In this document: positions 32,794-41,215 of the stretch, piece after piece | Position numbering within the stretch: the first letter of the stretch is position 1 | Layout of the letters: every line of letters starts with the position of its first letter | DNA from: Candidatus Eiseniibacteriota bacterium | Lineage (GTDB): Bacteria > Eisenbacteria > RBG-16-71-46 | NCBI GenBank assembly: GCA_041483195.1 | Contig: JBGPFC010000024.1 | Span: forward strand, 1 to 64,000 | Direction of reading: 5' to 3' | Length of the DNA: 64,000 nt | Made by a program: the position numbers and the translations under genes | The notes under the pieces: generated by a model | Told to the model about the DNA's origin: nothing | Database searches by the model: none | The model's input: only the letters and a program-made list of their open reading frames with translations

Positions 32794-33300
32794 CTACTGC
32801 GTCTGCGCCCCCGCGGCGGCCTTCCGCTTGAAGAGGCCGCCCGAGCCCGCAAGATCGGTCTGAACGTTGAAGCGCGATGCCTTCGCTTGCTGCAGCGCGC
32901 TCATCAAATCCGCCATGACACCGTAGGTCGCGTTCTTGTCCATCTTCACGATGACGCGCGCCGACGGATTGGCGGCGCGGGCGTTGCTGAGCACCGTCCC
33001 CATGTCGCTCCTGATGGCCTCCGGCAGGACCTCCCGGGAGACTTCCTGCCCCGCCTGCCGGTACACCACCCGCACGTGCGACTGATTGGCGAACTCGGGC
33101 CGGGCTTCCGTCACCGCGATCGTGATGATCTCGGACTCCGGCGACTTCGCCTCGGAGTTCGACTCGGGCAGCGTGATCTTGTCCTTCTCCGGCGGCTTGA
33201 ACTGGGTGGTGCACATGAAGAAGATGAGGAGCAGGAACGCCACGTCCACCATCGGCGTCATGTCGATGCTGACCCCGATGCGGCGTTTCTTCTTGAGCAT
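32794..33300 (-). CDS. exbD: ExbD/TolR family protein
   Basis: IDMTPMVDVAFLLLIFFMC; VKMDKNATYG. Confidence 0.9.
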   Translation of the reverse strand: MLKKKRRIGVSIDMTPMVDVAFLLLIFFMCTTQFKPPEKDKITLPESNSEAKSPESEIITIAVTEARPEFANQSHVRVVYRQAGQEVSREVLPEAIRSDMGTVLSNARAANPSARVIVKMDKNATYGVMADLMSALQQAKASRFNVQTDLAGSGGLFKRKAAAGAQTQ

Positions 33301-33312
33301 CGTCCCGCTCCC

Positions 33313-34053
33313 TTACTTGCGCTCGATGGCCGAGGCGGAGAGCAGCTGCACCGCTTCGTAAGACGCCTCGTCCATCATGTAGTTGAAGTTGTCCACGCGC
33401 GTCACGAACACGTTGTAGGCGACGATGCCCGAGATCGCGACGAACAGGCCGCCCGCGGTGTTGATGAGCGCCTCGGAGATCCCGACGGCGAGCTTCGAAG
33501 CATCCACCGCTCCGGTGTGCCCGAGGGCCGCGAACGAGCGGATCATCCCGATCACGGTTCCGAGCAGGCCGACCATGGTCGCGATCGAGGCGATGGTCGA
33601 GAGGGCGATGAGGTTCCGCTCGAGCAGCGGGACTTCGAGGCCGTTCGCTTCCTGGATGGCGGCCTGAGTCTCGGCCACGATCTTCTCCTTGGTGGCGCCT
33701 TCCGACCGCAGCTGGAGATACCGCTCGAGCCCGGCGCGGATCACGTTGGCGGCCGAGCCGCGTTGCGCGGCGCACGCCTTGATCGCGCCGTCGACGTCGC
33801 CGGTGTGGAGGCGCTTGCGCACCTCGTTGAGGAAGCCGGGCAGGGAGCCCCTGCCCTGGGCCTTCTTGAGGCTCCAGATCCGCTCGATGATGAACGAGGT
33901 CTGCAGGATGGCGAGCATGATGAGTCCCGCGACCAGGTAGCCGCCCAGCTTCATCTGCTCACCGAAGGGGCCGAGCAGGGGCAGGTAGTACCACAGCGTG
34001 ACCGAGATCACAGCAGCCAGGAAGAATCCGATGGGAACGATGTACCGACTCAT
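33313..34053 (-). CDS. exbB: MotA/TolQ/ExbB proton channel protein
   Basis: LSTIASIATMVGLLGTVIGMIRSF, GISEALINTAGGL. Start taken at ATG 34053 after GGAGG (34071 is an alternative). Confidence 0.92.
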   Translation of the reverse strand: MSRYIVPIGFFLAAVISVTLWYYLPLLGPFGEQMKLGGYLVAGLIMLAILQTSFIIERIWSLKKAQGRGSLPGFLNEVRKRLHTGDVDGAIKACAAQRGSAANVIRAGLERYLQLRSEGATKEKIVAETQAAIQEANGLEVPLLERNLIALSTIASIATMVGLLGTVIGMIRSFAALGHTGAVDASKLAVGISEALINTAGGLFVAISGIVAYNVFVTRVDNFNYMMDEASYEAVQLLSASAIERK

Positions 34054-34222
34054 TGCGTGACGATCCTCCATGCCCGGCGGCGGCGATCACGATGATCGAC
34101 GGGCCGGCCGGTGCGTGCCGTGCAGCGGGCGGACGCTGCTGTCTCGAGCCTCGCCGCGCCCCAACCGGGCCGGGCCAGGCTGCCTTCGACGATACCGCGC
34201 GACATCTCGATGCGCTCTGCTC

Positions 34223-34573
34223 TCACTCGACCTCCACCGCGAACGCCGAGACGGCCTGCTCCTCGGTGTCGTGGTGGTCGAACACCATGATCAGCTTCGT
34301 CATCGTGAAGAGGTCACGAAGGCGCTTGCCGAGCCCGCACAACTTGATCTCCCCACCGCGGCTCCGGTAGTTCGCGAATCCCCGCATCAGCACCCCGATG
34401 GCGATCGAGTTGAGCGCGAGGCACTCCGTCAGATTCAACACCAGCCGCGTGTTTCCGGTGGCGGCCTCGTCCATGATGGCCTTCTGAAGCTCGTCGGTCT
34501 CGCCGTCTCCGAAGAAGTTGCCCTTCGGATGGAGCACGACGACGCTTCGGACCTGCCTGCGCCGAATGGCCAC
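34223..34573 (-). CDS. STAS-domain anti-sigma factor antagonist (RsbV/SpoIIAA-like)
   Basis: LVLNLTECLALNSIAIGVL with the phosphoacceptor Ser, GGEIKL, FTMTKL. Confidence 0.88.
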   Translation of the reverse strand: MAIRRRQVRSVVVLHPKGNFFGDGETDELQKAIMDEAATGNTRLVLNLTECLALNSIAIGVLMRGFANYRSRGGEIKLCGLGKRLRDLFTMTKLIMVFDHHDTEEQAVSAFAVEVE

Positions 34574-34601
34574 CCCCGTCCTCCGTACCGGCCCCGGCCG
34601 G

Positions 34602-34949
34602 CTAGACCGATTCCCGTTCCGCGAAGCTGGCGATCGCCTGCTCTTCGTTCGGATACACGTCGAACACGAGCGACAGCTTCGTGATCACGAAGATGTTCTC
34701 GATCCGCTTGTCCACCGAGCAGAGCTTCATCTGCCCGGTGCGGCGAACGTAATTCGAATGGGCCGAGATCAGCACGCCGAGCGCGGTCGAGTTGAGGTGC
34801 TGCGTTTCGCCCAGGTTGATGATGAGGTTCTTGTTTCCCTTCTCGACGAGGGCCTTGATCCCACGCTCCAGCTCCTCGGTCTCATCGCCCCCGGTGAGAT
34901 AACCCTTGGGCGTCACGATCGTGATGTCTCCCACCTCGCGCGTCTTCAT
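34602..34949 (-). CDS. STAS-domain anti-sigma factor antagonist (RsbV/SpoIIAA-like)
   Basis: LIINLGETQHLNSTALGVL, GQMKL, FVITKL, EEQAIASF. Confidence 0.88.
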   Translation of the reverse strand: MKTREVGDITIVTPKGYLTGGDETEELERGIKALVEKGNKNLIINLGETQHLNSTALGVLISAHSNYVRRTGQMKLCSVDKRIENIFVITKLSLVFDVYPNEEQAIASFAERESV

Positions 34950-36763
34950 GGTGCACCTCCCTCCCGCGGAGCTGCGGCTCCGAGACTCTGGATTCCCTTC
35001 AGTGCGTCCGCCTGCTTCGCGTCGAGCGCGAGCGCCCGCCGATAGCCCTCGATCGCCTTGCCACGATTGCCGCTGTTCTGATACGCCTGCCCGAGCCAGA
35101 TCCAGCTCTGAACGTCCTTGTCGTTCAACTGGCTGGCGCGATCGAGGAGGCGGATCGCCTCCGGATAATCGCGGTCCAGTAGACGGTAGAAGCCGAGCTG
35201 GCGCAGGGCGACGCTCGCGAACGTCCCGGTCGAATCGATCTCCAGAGAGCGCTGAAGCGAGCGGCGCGCCTCGGAGACCGAGTCGAGCTGGGCGTACAGG
35301 ATTCCCAGCCAGAACTGCCGGTCGGCCTTGTCCGGGGACAGCGTCGCCGCCTGCTGGAGCGCCGTCAGCGCCTCAGGGTAGCGCTTCATCTCCTTGTACG
35401 ACAAACCAATGTAGTAGTAAGCCTCGTCGCTGGCCGGGTCAAGCGCGATTCGCCGCTGAAGCGTGGCGAGGGCCCCCGGGTAGTCCTGCTGCCGGAAGCG
35501 CAGCTTGCCCAACTCGTTGAGCGCAAACCGCGCGTCGCCCGAAGTGGAATCGCGCGCGATGATCGCCCGGTAGATCGAGTCCGCCCTGGCCAGCTCCCCG
35601 TTGAACACCGATACCTGACCGATGAGCAGCAGGTCGCGGGCGGAGGGCTCGCCCTTCGCGAAGGCCTCGAGCGATTCCTTCCACTCCTTCCGCTCGGCGC
35701 GAAGCCGGCCCAGCACGGTATACATTTCCTTCGAAGCGCCGCCCGTCTGCTCCGCCTTCTGCAGCGCCGCGAGCGCCTCGTCGCGCATTCGCAGGTAGAA
35801 GTAGGTCCGCCCGAGCAGGCTCCAGCCCTTGCCGTCTTCGGGGAGGAGCTGGGTGTACTTCTCGAGCGGGCCCCGCGCGTCGAGGTAGCGTCGCGGGTCG
35901 GCCGGGCCGGAGAGGTAGTACAAGTTCCCGAGTGCGAGCTGGCCCTGCGCGAACTCCGGATCGTGGGAGACGACCCACCGGTACTCGTCGAGGGCGTCGT
36001 TGTAGCGCTGTCCGCGGAACAGTCCCTGGGCAAGCGCGAAATGCAGGTCGACATCCGATGAATCGAGTGAGACCGCGGCCTGGTATTCGGGGATCGCGAG
36101 CTCCGCGATCCCGCGCTGCTGCAGATAGAAGTCACCGAGCGCCTTGCGTGGCGCCGGATCCTCTGGAGCCTCTTCCCGGGCCTGCGTGTAGTACACGCTG
36201 GCCGACCGCAGCGAATCGCGCGCGAGCTCCGTGTTTCCCAGCGCGACCAGGAATCGGGGCCGCCACCTGGGACCCCACTTGAGACCCTGGCTCAAAGCCG
36301 CGAGCGCCGGATCGATGCGCTTGAGCGCCGTGAGGCATTCCCCGAGCGCCAGCTGCGCCTCGGGAAATTTCCGATCCAGATCGGTCGCCTTCTGGAGGAG
36401 CGGCACCGCCGCCTCGCACTTGCCCTGACGGAGCAGCACCACGCCCTCGCCGTAGTAGCCCCACGCGAAGATCGGGTCCATCTTCTGCGCGGTCTGAAAC
36501 GCCTCGAGCGCCTTCGCGTTCTGCCGGCGCTTGAGCCAGACCTGGCCGACGCCGGCGCGGCCCTCTGCGGAGCCCTCCCCCGCCGCCTTCTCGAACAGCC
36601 GGAGCGCGTCATCGAGCTGCCCGGCCTGAAGCGCGGTCTTGGCGTCTCTCAGCGCGTCCGCTCGCAGCGGCGAAGGGAGCGCGAGGGTGAGCGCGAGCAG
36701 CGACAGCCCCAGCAGGGGCACGCGAAGGTTCATTCTCGAGTTGCTCATCGTGTCGAAGGTCAT
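34946..36763 (-). CDS. Exported multi-TPR protein
   Basis: Signal peptide followed by many TPR-like repeats (for example AQLALGECL, AYYYIGLSY, WIWLGQAY). Start may be 36748 or 36733. Confidence 0.85.
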   Translation of the reverse strand: MTFDTMSNSRMNLRVPLLGLSLLALTLALPSPLRADALRDAKTALQAGQLDDALRLFEKAAGEGSAEGRAGVGQVWLKRRQNAKALEAFQTAQKMDPIFAWGYYGEGVVLLRQGKCEAAVPLLQKATDLDRKFPEAQLALGECLTALKRIDPALAALSQGLKWGPRWRPRFLVALGNTELARDSLRSASVYYTQAREEAPEDPAPRKALGDFYLQQRGIAELAIPEYQAAVSLDSSDVDLHFALAQGLFRGQRYNDALDEYRWVVSHDPEFAQGQLALGNLYYLSGPADPRRYLDARGPLEKYTQLLPEDGKGWSLLGRTYFYLRMRDEALAALQKAEQTGGASKEMYTVLGRLRAERKEWKESLEAFAKGEPSARDLLLIGQVSVFNGELARADSIYRAIIARDSTSGDARFALNELGKLRFRQQDYPGALATLQRRIALDPASDEAYYYIGLSYKEMKRYPEALTALQQAATLSPDKADRQFWLGILYAQLDSVSEARRSLQRSLEIDSTGTFASVALRQLGFYRLLDRDYPEAIRLLDRASQLNDKDVQSWIWLGQAYQNSGNRGKAIEGYRRALALDAKQADALKGIQSLGAAAPREGGAP

Positions 36764-36769
36764 CTCCTG

Positions 36770-37765
36770 TCAGTGGCTCTGCAGCATCGGGGAGCGGCGT
36801 ACGAATCGCACCGGAATCGCGGTCGGCACCAGCCCGGCCTCGTGGACGATCTGCTGGCCGTCCCGGCTGGTCACGAACGTGGTCACCCCTCCGGCCAGCG
36901 CGGCGCCCTTCGAGCGCACGAAGCACGTCACGAAGCGCGTGAGCGGATACTCACCCTTGTACACGGCTTCGGGGTCCGGTTTCCAGTACGGAAGCCCGGT
37001 CAGCGTGGAAAGCCGCAGCGCGCGCGTTCCCTCGGTCACCCCGGTCATGCTGACGTAGCCGATCGCCCCCGGATCCTGCGCCACGATCGCCGCCACGGCC
37101 GAATCGGACGTGGCGTAGATGGACCGCGCGCCAATCGCTTCACCGTTCATGACGTCCTGCTCGAAGTAGTCCGTGATGTCGGACTCCGGCGACTGAATCA
37201 CGACGTGAATGGGACGGTCTTCGCCGCCTACCTGAGACCAGCGAGCGAACTCGCCACGATAGATCTTCCGCAGGTCGTTCATCGCGAGATTCTCGACCGG
37301 GTTCTTCCCATGGACGATCGCGATGACCGCGTCGCGCGCCACTCGATATCCCTCCAATTCCAGCCGGCCCCTGACCGCGGCGGTGCGCTCCTCGGGTTCC
37401 AACTCGCGTGTGATGACGGCGAGATCACACTCCCCAGCGAACAACGCGCGCACCGCTTCGCGCGACGATCCATCGCGGATCTGCAGGCTGGCCTGGGGGT
37501 ACAGCGCGCGGAACTGCGAACACTCCCGGTTCATGAGGTTCCGCGCCTCCGGCGCGCATACGATCGAGATACGCCCGCTGGTGATGGAATCTTCCACCCG
37601 GTCGGGAGAGGACCGGGGGGAGCAGCCGCTCACGCACGCAGCCGCGAGCACGAGCCGCGGCAGCGCGACCGACAAACCGCGCCGAACCGCTCCCTGCACA
37701 ACGAAGTACACGAATTTTAGAAGCCCGGCGCGACGGTTGTCAATCACTGCGTTGGCCGCCCCCAC
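36770..37765 (-). CDS. PstS-like (PBP type 2) substrate-binding lipoprotein
   Basis: Lipobox-like VSGC, GSSREAV, VARDAVIAIVH..NPV, IYRGEFARWSQVGG, PGAIGYVS, GEYPLTR. True start probably somewhat downstream of 37765. Confidence 0.8.
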   Translation of the reverse strand: MGAANAVIDNRRAGLLKFVYFVVQGAVRRGLSVALPRLVLAAACVSGCSPRSSPDRVEDSITSGRISIVCAPEARNLMNRECSQFRALYPQASLQIRDGSSREAVRALFAGECDLAVITRELEPEERTAAVRGRLELEGYRVARDAVIAIVHGKNPVENLAMNDLRKIYRGEFARWSQVGGEDRPIHVVIQSPESDITDYFEQDVMNGEAIGARSIYATSDSAVAAIVAQDPGAIGYVSMTGVTEGTRALRLSTLTGLPYWKPDPEAVYKGEYPLTRFVTCFVRSKGAALAGGVTTFVTSRDGQQIVHEAGLVPTAIPVRFVRRSPMLQSH

Positions 37766-37822
37766 ATCCGGATTGCAGCCCCCGGGAACGCTCTCCGGTC
37801 GGACGGCGGAGAGCAGCGCGGC

Positions 37823-37851
37823 ACGTTAGGTAGTCACCCGAGGGGTGTCAA
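37823..37851 (-). promoter_or_regulatory. Sigma70-like promoter for the PstS-like/TPR/STAS/Exb/TonB genes
   Basis: TTGACA-N17-TAACGT on the minus strand. Confidence 0.65.
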
Positions 37852-37875
37852 GAACAGCGCGTGCACCCCGGCGGC

Positions 37876-37905
37876 TTGCTCACGCGTCTCGTGATTCCTT
37901 AGACT
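37876..37905 (+). promoter_or_regulatory. Possible divergent sigma70-like promoter for the GT-C-like gene
   Basis: TTGCTC-N18-TAGACT. Confidence 0.45.
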
Positions 37906-38002
37906 GGTGGATCGGATCAATCCTTCTTTCGCTGGCGGACGCGTCAGCTCGACGCATCGGGCCCCGATCGCCGGCCCGCTCCCCCCAATTCACTGGAACC
38001 CC

Positions 38003-39556
38003 TTGACCAAGCGCGCTCCTCCAGGCACCTCCCGCGCCGCCCCGCGGCCCGCCGCACGCGCCGAATCGCGCGCGGGCGAGGCCGGTCCGAACCCGCCGCT
38101 GCTGCCGGCGTGGAGAGAGATCGTCGATCCCTCCCTGCCGTTCCTACTGCCGCTGCTCCTGCTCGCGGTGGGCCGCTTCGTCTTCTGGTTGTACCTGCCG
38201 TTCGCCTCCGAGGACGCGTACATCACGTTCCGCTACGCGCGAAACCTGGTCGCGGGCAACGGTCTCGTGTTCAATCCCGGCGAGCGTGTGATGGGATTCA
38301 CATCGGCTCCCTGGACGCTCTGGACTTCGCTCGGATACGCGCTGCTCAGGGACACGGTGTTGTGGACGAGGGTCTGGACGATGCTGGGCGATGTCACGAC
38401 GCTGCTCGTGCTCGGCACGCTGCTGCGCCGGCACGCGTCCCCGGCGGCCGCGTGGTGCTTCAATTTCTTCTTCGCGGCATGGCCGTACGTCGCAGCGGTC
38501 GGCGTCTCCGGCATGGAGAACAGCCTGATGGTCACGCTGATCGTTCTCGCCGCGGCGCTCTCGGCCCGCCGCAGCGCCGCGAGCGGTCCGGTGCTGGGGC
38601 TGCTCGCGCTCTGGCGTCCCGAGGGCGTCGCGGCTGCCGCGATCATCGGGCTCGGTGCGCTGTGGCGCGATCGGCTGGTGGCGCTGGCGATCCTGATCGC
38701 GGGTGCCCTCGCGCTGGCGGGCTACTACGGATCGCCCATTCCGCAGAGCCTGTTCGCCAAGTCCCAGATGTACGGAACGCCGGGGCCATGGCTCGGCCGC
38801 CATTGGTGGGAGTGGCTCTCGCCATTCTCCTTCGGCCGCTGGCCGATCGCGTCGGAGGCCAACAACCTGCTGCCGCTCACCGTGCTGCTCGCACCGGCGC
38901 TGGTGCGCGGCGTGCCCGAAATGTGGCGGGCGCGGAGCAGCGGCCTGGCGCTCGCGATCGCGGGCGCGCTCACCGTGTGGCTCGGCTACGCGCTGCTCGG
39001 GGTCGCCTACTTCAACTGGTACATGATCGTGCCGCTCGCCGGCATCGTCGCGCTCGCGGCGGTCGGGGCGCCCCACATCGTGCGCGGACGCGGCCTGTAC
39101 GTTTCCGCCGCGCTGTTCGTCGTTGGGATGTGGACCCTCGCCCCGAACCTCTACCTGGGCCGCGCGAAGGCCGAGTACTTCGGCTTCGGCGTCATCGCCG
39201 ACTATCTGCTGCAGCACGCCCGGCCCGGCGAGAAGGTGATGCTCGAGCCGATCGGACTGATCGGCTATCACGCCCCGCTGCGGGTCGTGGACGAGGTGGG
39301 CCTGGTGTCGCCGCAGGTCGCGCGCCGACGGCTGCAGGGATCGGGGTGGTACACCGATATCGCGAATCAGGAACGCCCCGAATGGCTGGTGGTCCGGCGC
39401 AACGTGCTGAAGACCGGGGAGGCGTGGGCGGGGGCCGGCGCACCGTTCCGGAGCGACGTTGAACGCGACTCGCTGCTCGCCCATTATCGGACGATGACCG
39501 GCACCGATGAGGAAGCCGGCGACCTGTCGATGGTGGTGTTGCGCCGCATCCGCTGA
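38003..39556 (+). CDS. Polytopic membrane protein, GT-C-like (lipid-linked sugar) glycosyltransferase
   Basis: EDAYITFRYARNL..GNGLVFN.GE...GFTS after the first TM, SGMENSL, RPEG, VVDEVGL; 10 or more TM segments. Start uncertain (TTG 38003 or GTG 37907). Confidence 0.65.
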   Translation: MTKRAPPGTSRAAPRPAARAESRAGEAGPNPPLLPAWREIVDPSLPFLLPLLLLAVGRFVFWLYLPFASEDAYITFRYARNLVAGNGLVFNPGERVMGFTSAPWTLWTSLGYALLRDTVLWTRVWTMLGDVTTLLVLGTLLRRHASPAAAWCFNFFFAAWPYVAAVGVSGMENSLMVTLIVLAAALSARRSAASGPVLGLLALWRPEGVAAAAIIGLGALWRDRLVALAILIAGALALAGYYGSPIPQSLFAKSQMYGTPGPWLGRHWWEWLSPFSFGRWPIASEANNLLPLTVLLAPALVRGVPEMWRARSSGLALAIAGALTVWLGYALLGVAYFNWYMIVPLAGIVALAAVGAPHIVRGRGLYVSAALFVVGMWTLAPNLYLGRAKAEYFGFGVIADYLLQHARPGEKVMLEPIGLIGYHAPLRVVDEVGLVSPQVARRRLQGSGWYTDIANQERPEWLVVRRNVLKTGEAWAGAGAPFRSDVERDSLLAHYRTMTGTDEEAGDLSMVVLRRIR

Positions 39557-39587
39557 GGACCGCGCGGGGCGCCGCGCGACCGGGCGC

Positions 39588-40907
39588 TCAGGGACGAAGG
39601 CGATAGAGCATGCGCGGAAACGGGATGCTCTCCCGCACGTGGTCGAGTCCCGCGATCCACGCGAGCGTGCGCTCCACGCCGATTCCGAATCCAGAATGCG
39701 GCACGCTGCCGTAGCGCCGCAGGTCCTTGTACCACTCGAACGCCTCCTGCGGCAGCCCGTGCTCGTCGATGCGCCGCGTCAGCATCTCGAGCGAGGCCAT
39801 GCGTTGCCCGCCGCCGACGATCTCGCCGTAGCCTTCGGGGGCGAGGCAGTCGCAGGACAGGCAGAGCCGCGGGTCATCGGGATCCGGTTCCATGTAGAAC
39901 GCCTTCACGGCGGCCGGATAGTGTGTGACGAAGATCGGCGTCTCGAACTGCTGCGAGAGCACGGTCTCGTCCGCCGCTCCAAAATCCCCGCCCCATTCGA
40001 AAGCCTGGCCGGCTTCGTGGAGTCGGTTCACAGCATCGTTGTAATGAATGCGCGGGAACGGTCCCTTCACCCGCTCGAGCTTCGACGCGTCGCGTTCCGC
40101 GACCTTCAGATCCTCCGCCCGCGCCTCGAGCACGCGGCCCACGGTGTAGACCAGCAGCCGTTCCTCGAGCGCGATCACGTCGGCGAGCGTGGCGTAGGCC
40201 CATTCCGGCTCCATCATCCAGAACTCGATGAGGTGACGCCGCGTCTTGCTCTTTTCTGCGCGGAACGCCGGGCCGAAGCAGTACACGCGCCCGAACGCCA
40301 TCGCGGCCGCCTCGTTGTACAGCTGGCCGCTCTGCGTCAGGTACGCCTTCTGATCGAAGTACTCCGTTTCGAAGAGGGTCGTCGTTCCCTCGCAGGCGTT
40401 GGGGGTGAAGATCGGGGTGTCGACCAGCAGGAAACCCTCGCCGTCCATGAAATCCCTGAACGCGCCCACCACCTCGGCGCGGATTCGCAGGATGGACTGC
40501 TGGCGCTGCGATCGCAGCCAGAGGTGGCGGTGGTCCATCAGGAAATCGGTGCCGTGCTCCTTGGGCGTGATCGGATACCTCTCGGCGATCGAAACCGCCT
40601 CGACAGCCTGCAGCCCCATCTCGACCCCGCCCGGTGAGCGGGCGTCCGACCGCAGCGTGCCACGCACGATGACCGCCGATTCCTGCGTGAGGCGCTCGCA
40701 GGTCTCCCATTGCGCGGCGGCCAGGTCCCGCACGCCCGCCACGCACTGCATGAGACCGCTCCCGTCGCGCACCACGAGGAATTGCACCTTGCCGCTCGAG
40801 CGCCGGTGGGTGAGCCACCCGCGCAACTCGACGGCCTGGCCGACGAACGAAGCGGCCTCGGCCACACGGATCCACGGAACGGCGCTCGCCGCGGGCGCGA
40901 TGCTCAT
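39588..40907 (-). CDS. asnS: Asparagine--tRNA ligase
   Basis: [10 protein letters not shown] domain, [49 protein letters not shown]. Start re-called at ATG 40907. Confidence 0.93.
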   Translation of the reverse strand: MSIAPAASAVPWIRVAEAASFVGQAVELRGWLTHRRSSGKVQFLVVRDGSGLMQCVAGVRDLAAAQWETCERLTQESAVIVRGTLRSDARSPGGVEMGLQAVEAVSIAERYPITPKEHGTDFLMDHRHLWLRSQRQQSILRIRAEVVGAFRDFMDGEGFLLVDTPIFTPNACEGTTTLFETEYFDQKAYLTQSGQLYNEAAAMAFGRVYCFGPAFRAEKSKTRRHLIEFWMMEPEWAYATLADVIALEERLLVYTVGRVLEARAEDLKVAERDASKLERVKGPFPRIHYNDAVNRLHEAGQAFEWGGDFGAADETVLSQQFETPIFVTHYPAAVKAFYMEPDPDDPRLCLSCDCLAPEGYGEIVGGGQRMASLEMLTRRIDEHGLPQEAFEWYKDLRRYGSVPHSGFGIGVERTLAWIAGLDHVRESIPFPRMLYRLRP

Positions 40908-41066
40908 GGGAGGCGTCTCCATCAGGGGTTCAAGGCGTGCCGTGCCGCGGCCGATCACCACGGGACGGGGAGGCGACGGCCCGATGGCCGCGCGGGCCAC
41001 GGGGGCGCGCCCGAAAGCACTTCAGCCGCGAGCGATCGGGGACGATAACGCCCATTGACCCGCAGC

Positions 41067-41096
41067 ACGTTAGGTTCGCCGCCAGCGCACTGTCAA
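41067..41096 (-). promoter_or_regulatory. Sigma70-like promoter for asnS
   Basis: TTGACA-N18-TAACGT on the minus strand. Confidence 0.6.
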
Positions 41097-41215
41097 GGGA
41101 TGGCACCCGCATGGCCAGCACGCACGGACGTCTCCACGCAATCGGCCTGGGCCGCGCGTGGGGCGCGCCCGGTGCGGGTCTCTGCCCGCGTCACCTCGGA
41201 GTCAGCACCGGAGTC

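Noticed and set aside
41101..41115. Sigma54-like TGGCAC-N-GC motif upstream of the TPR/Zn-finger gene
   Set aside because: GG-N10-GC spacing fits, but the -12 element is TGGC rather than TTGC. Too weak at this GC content.
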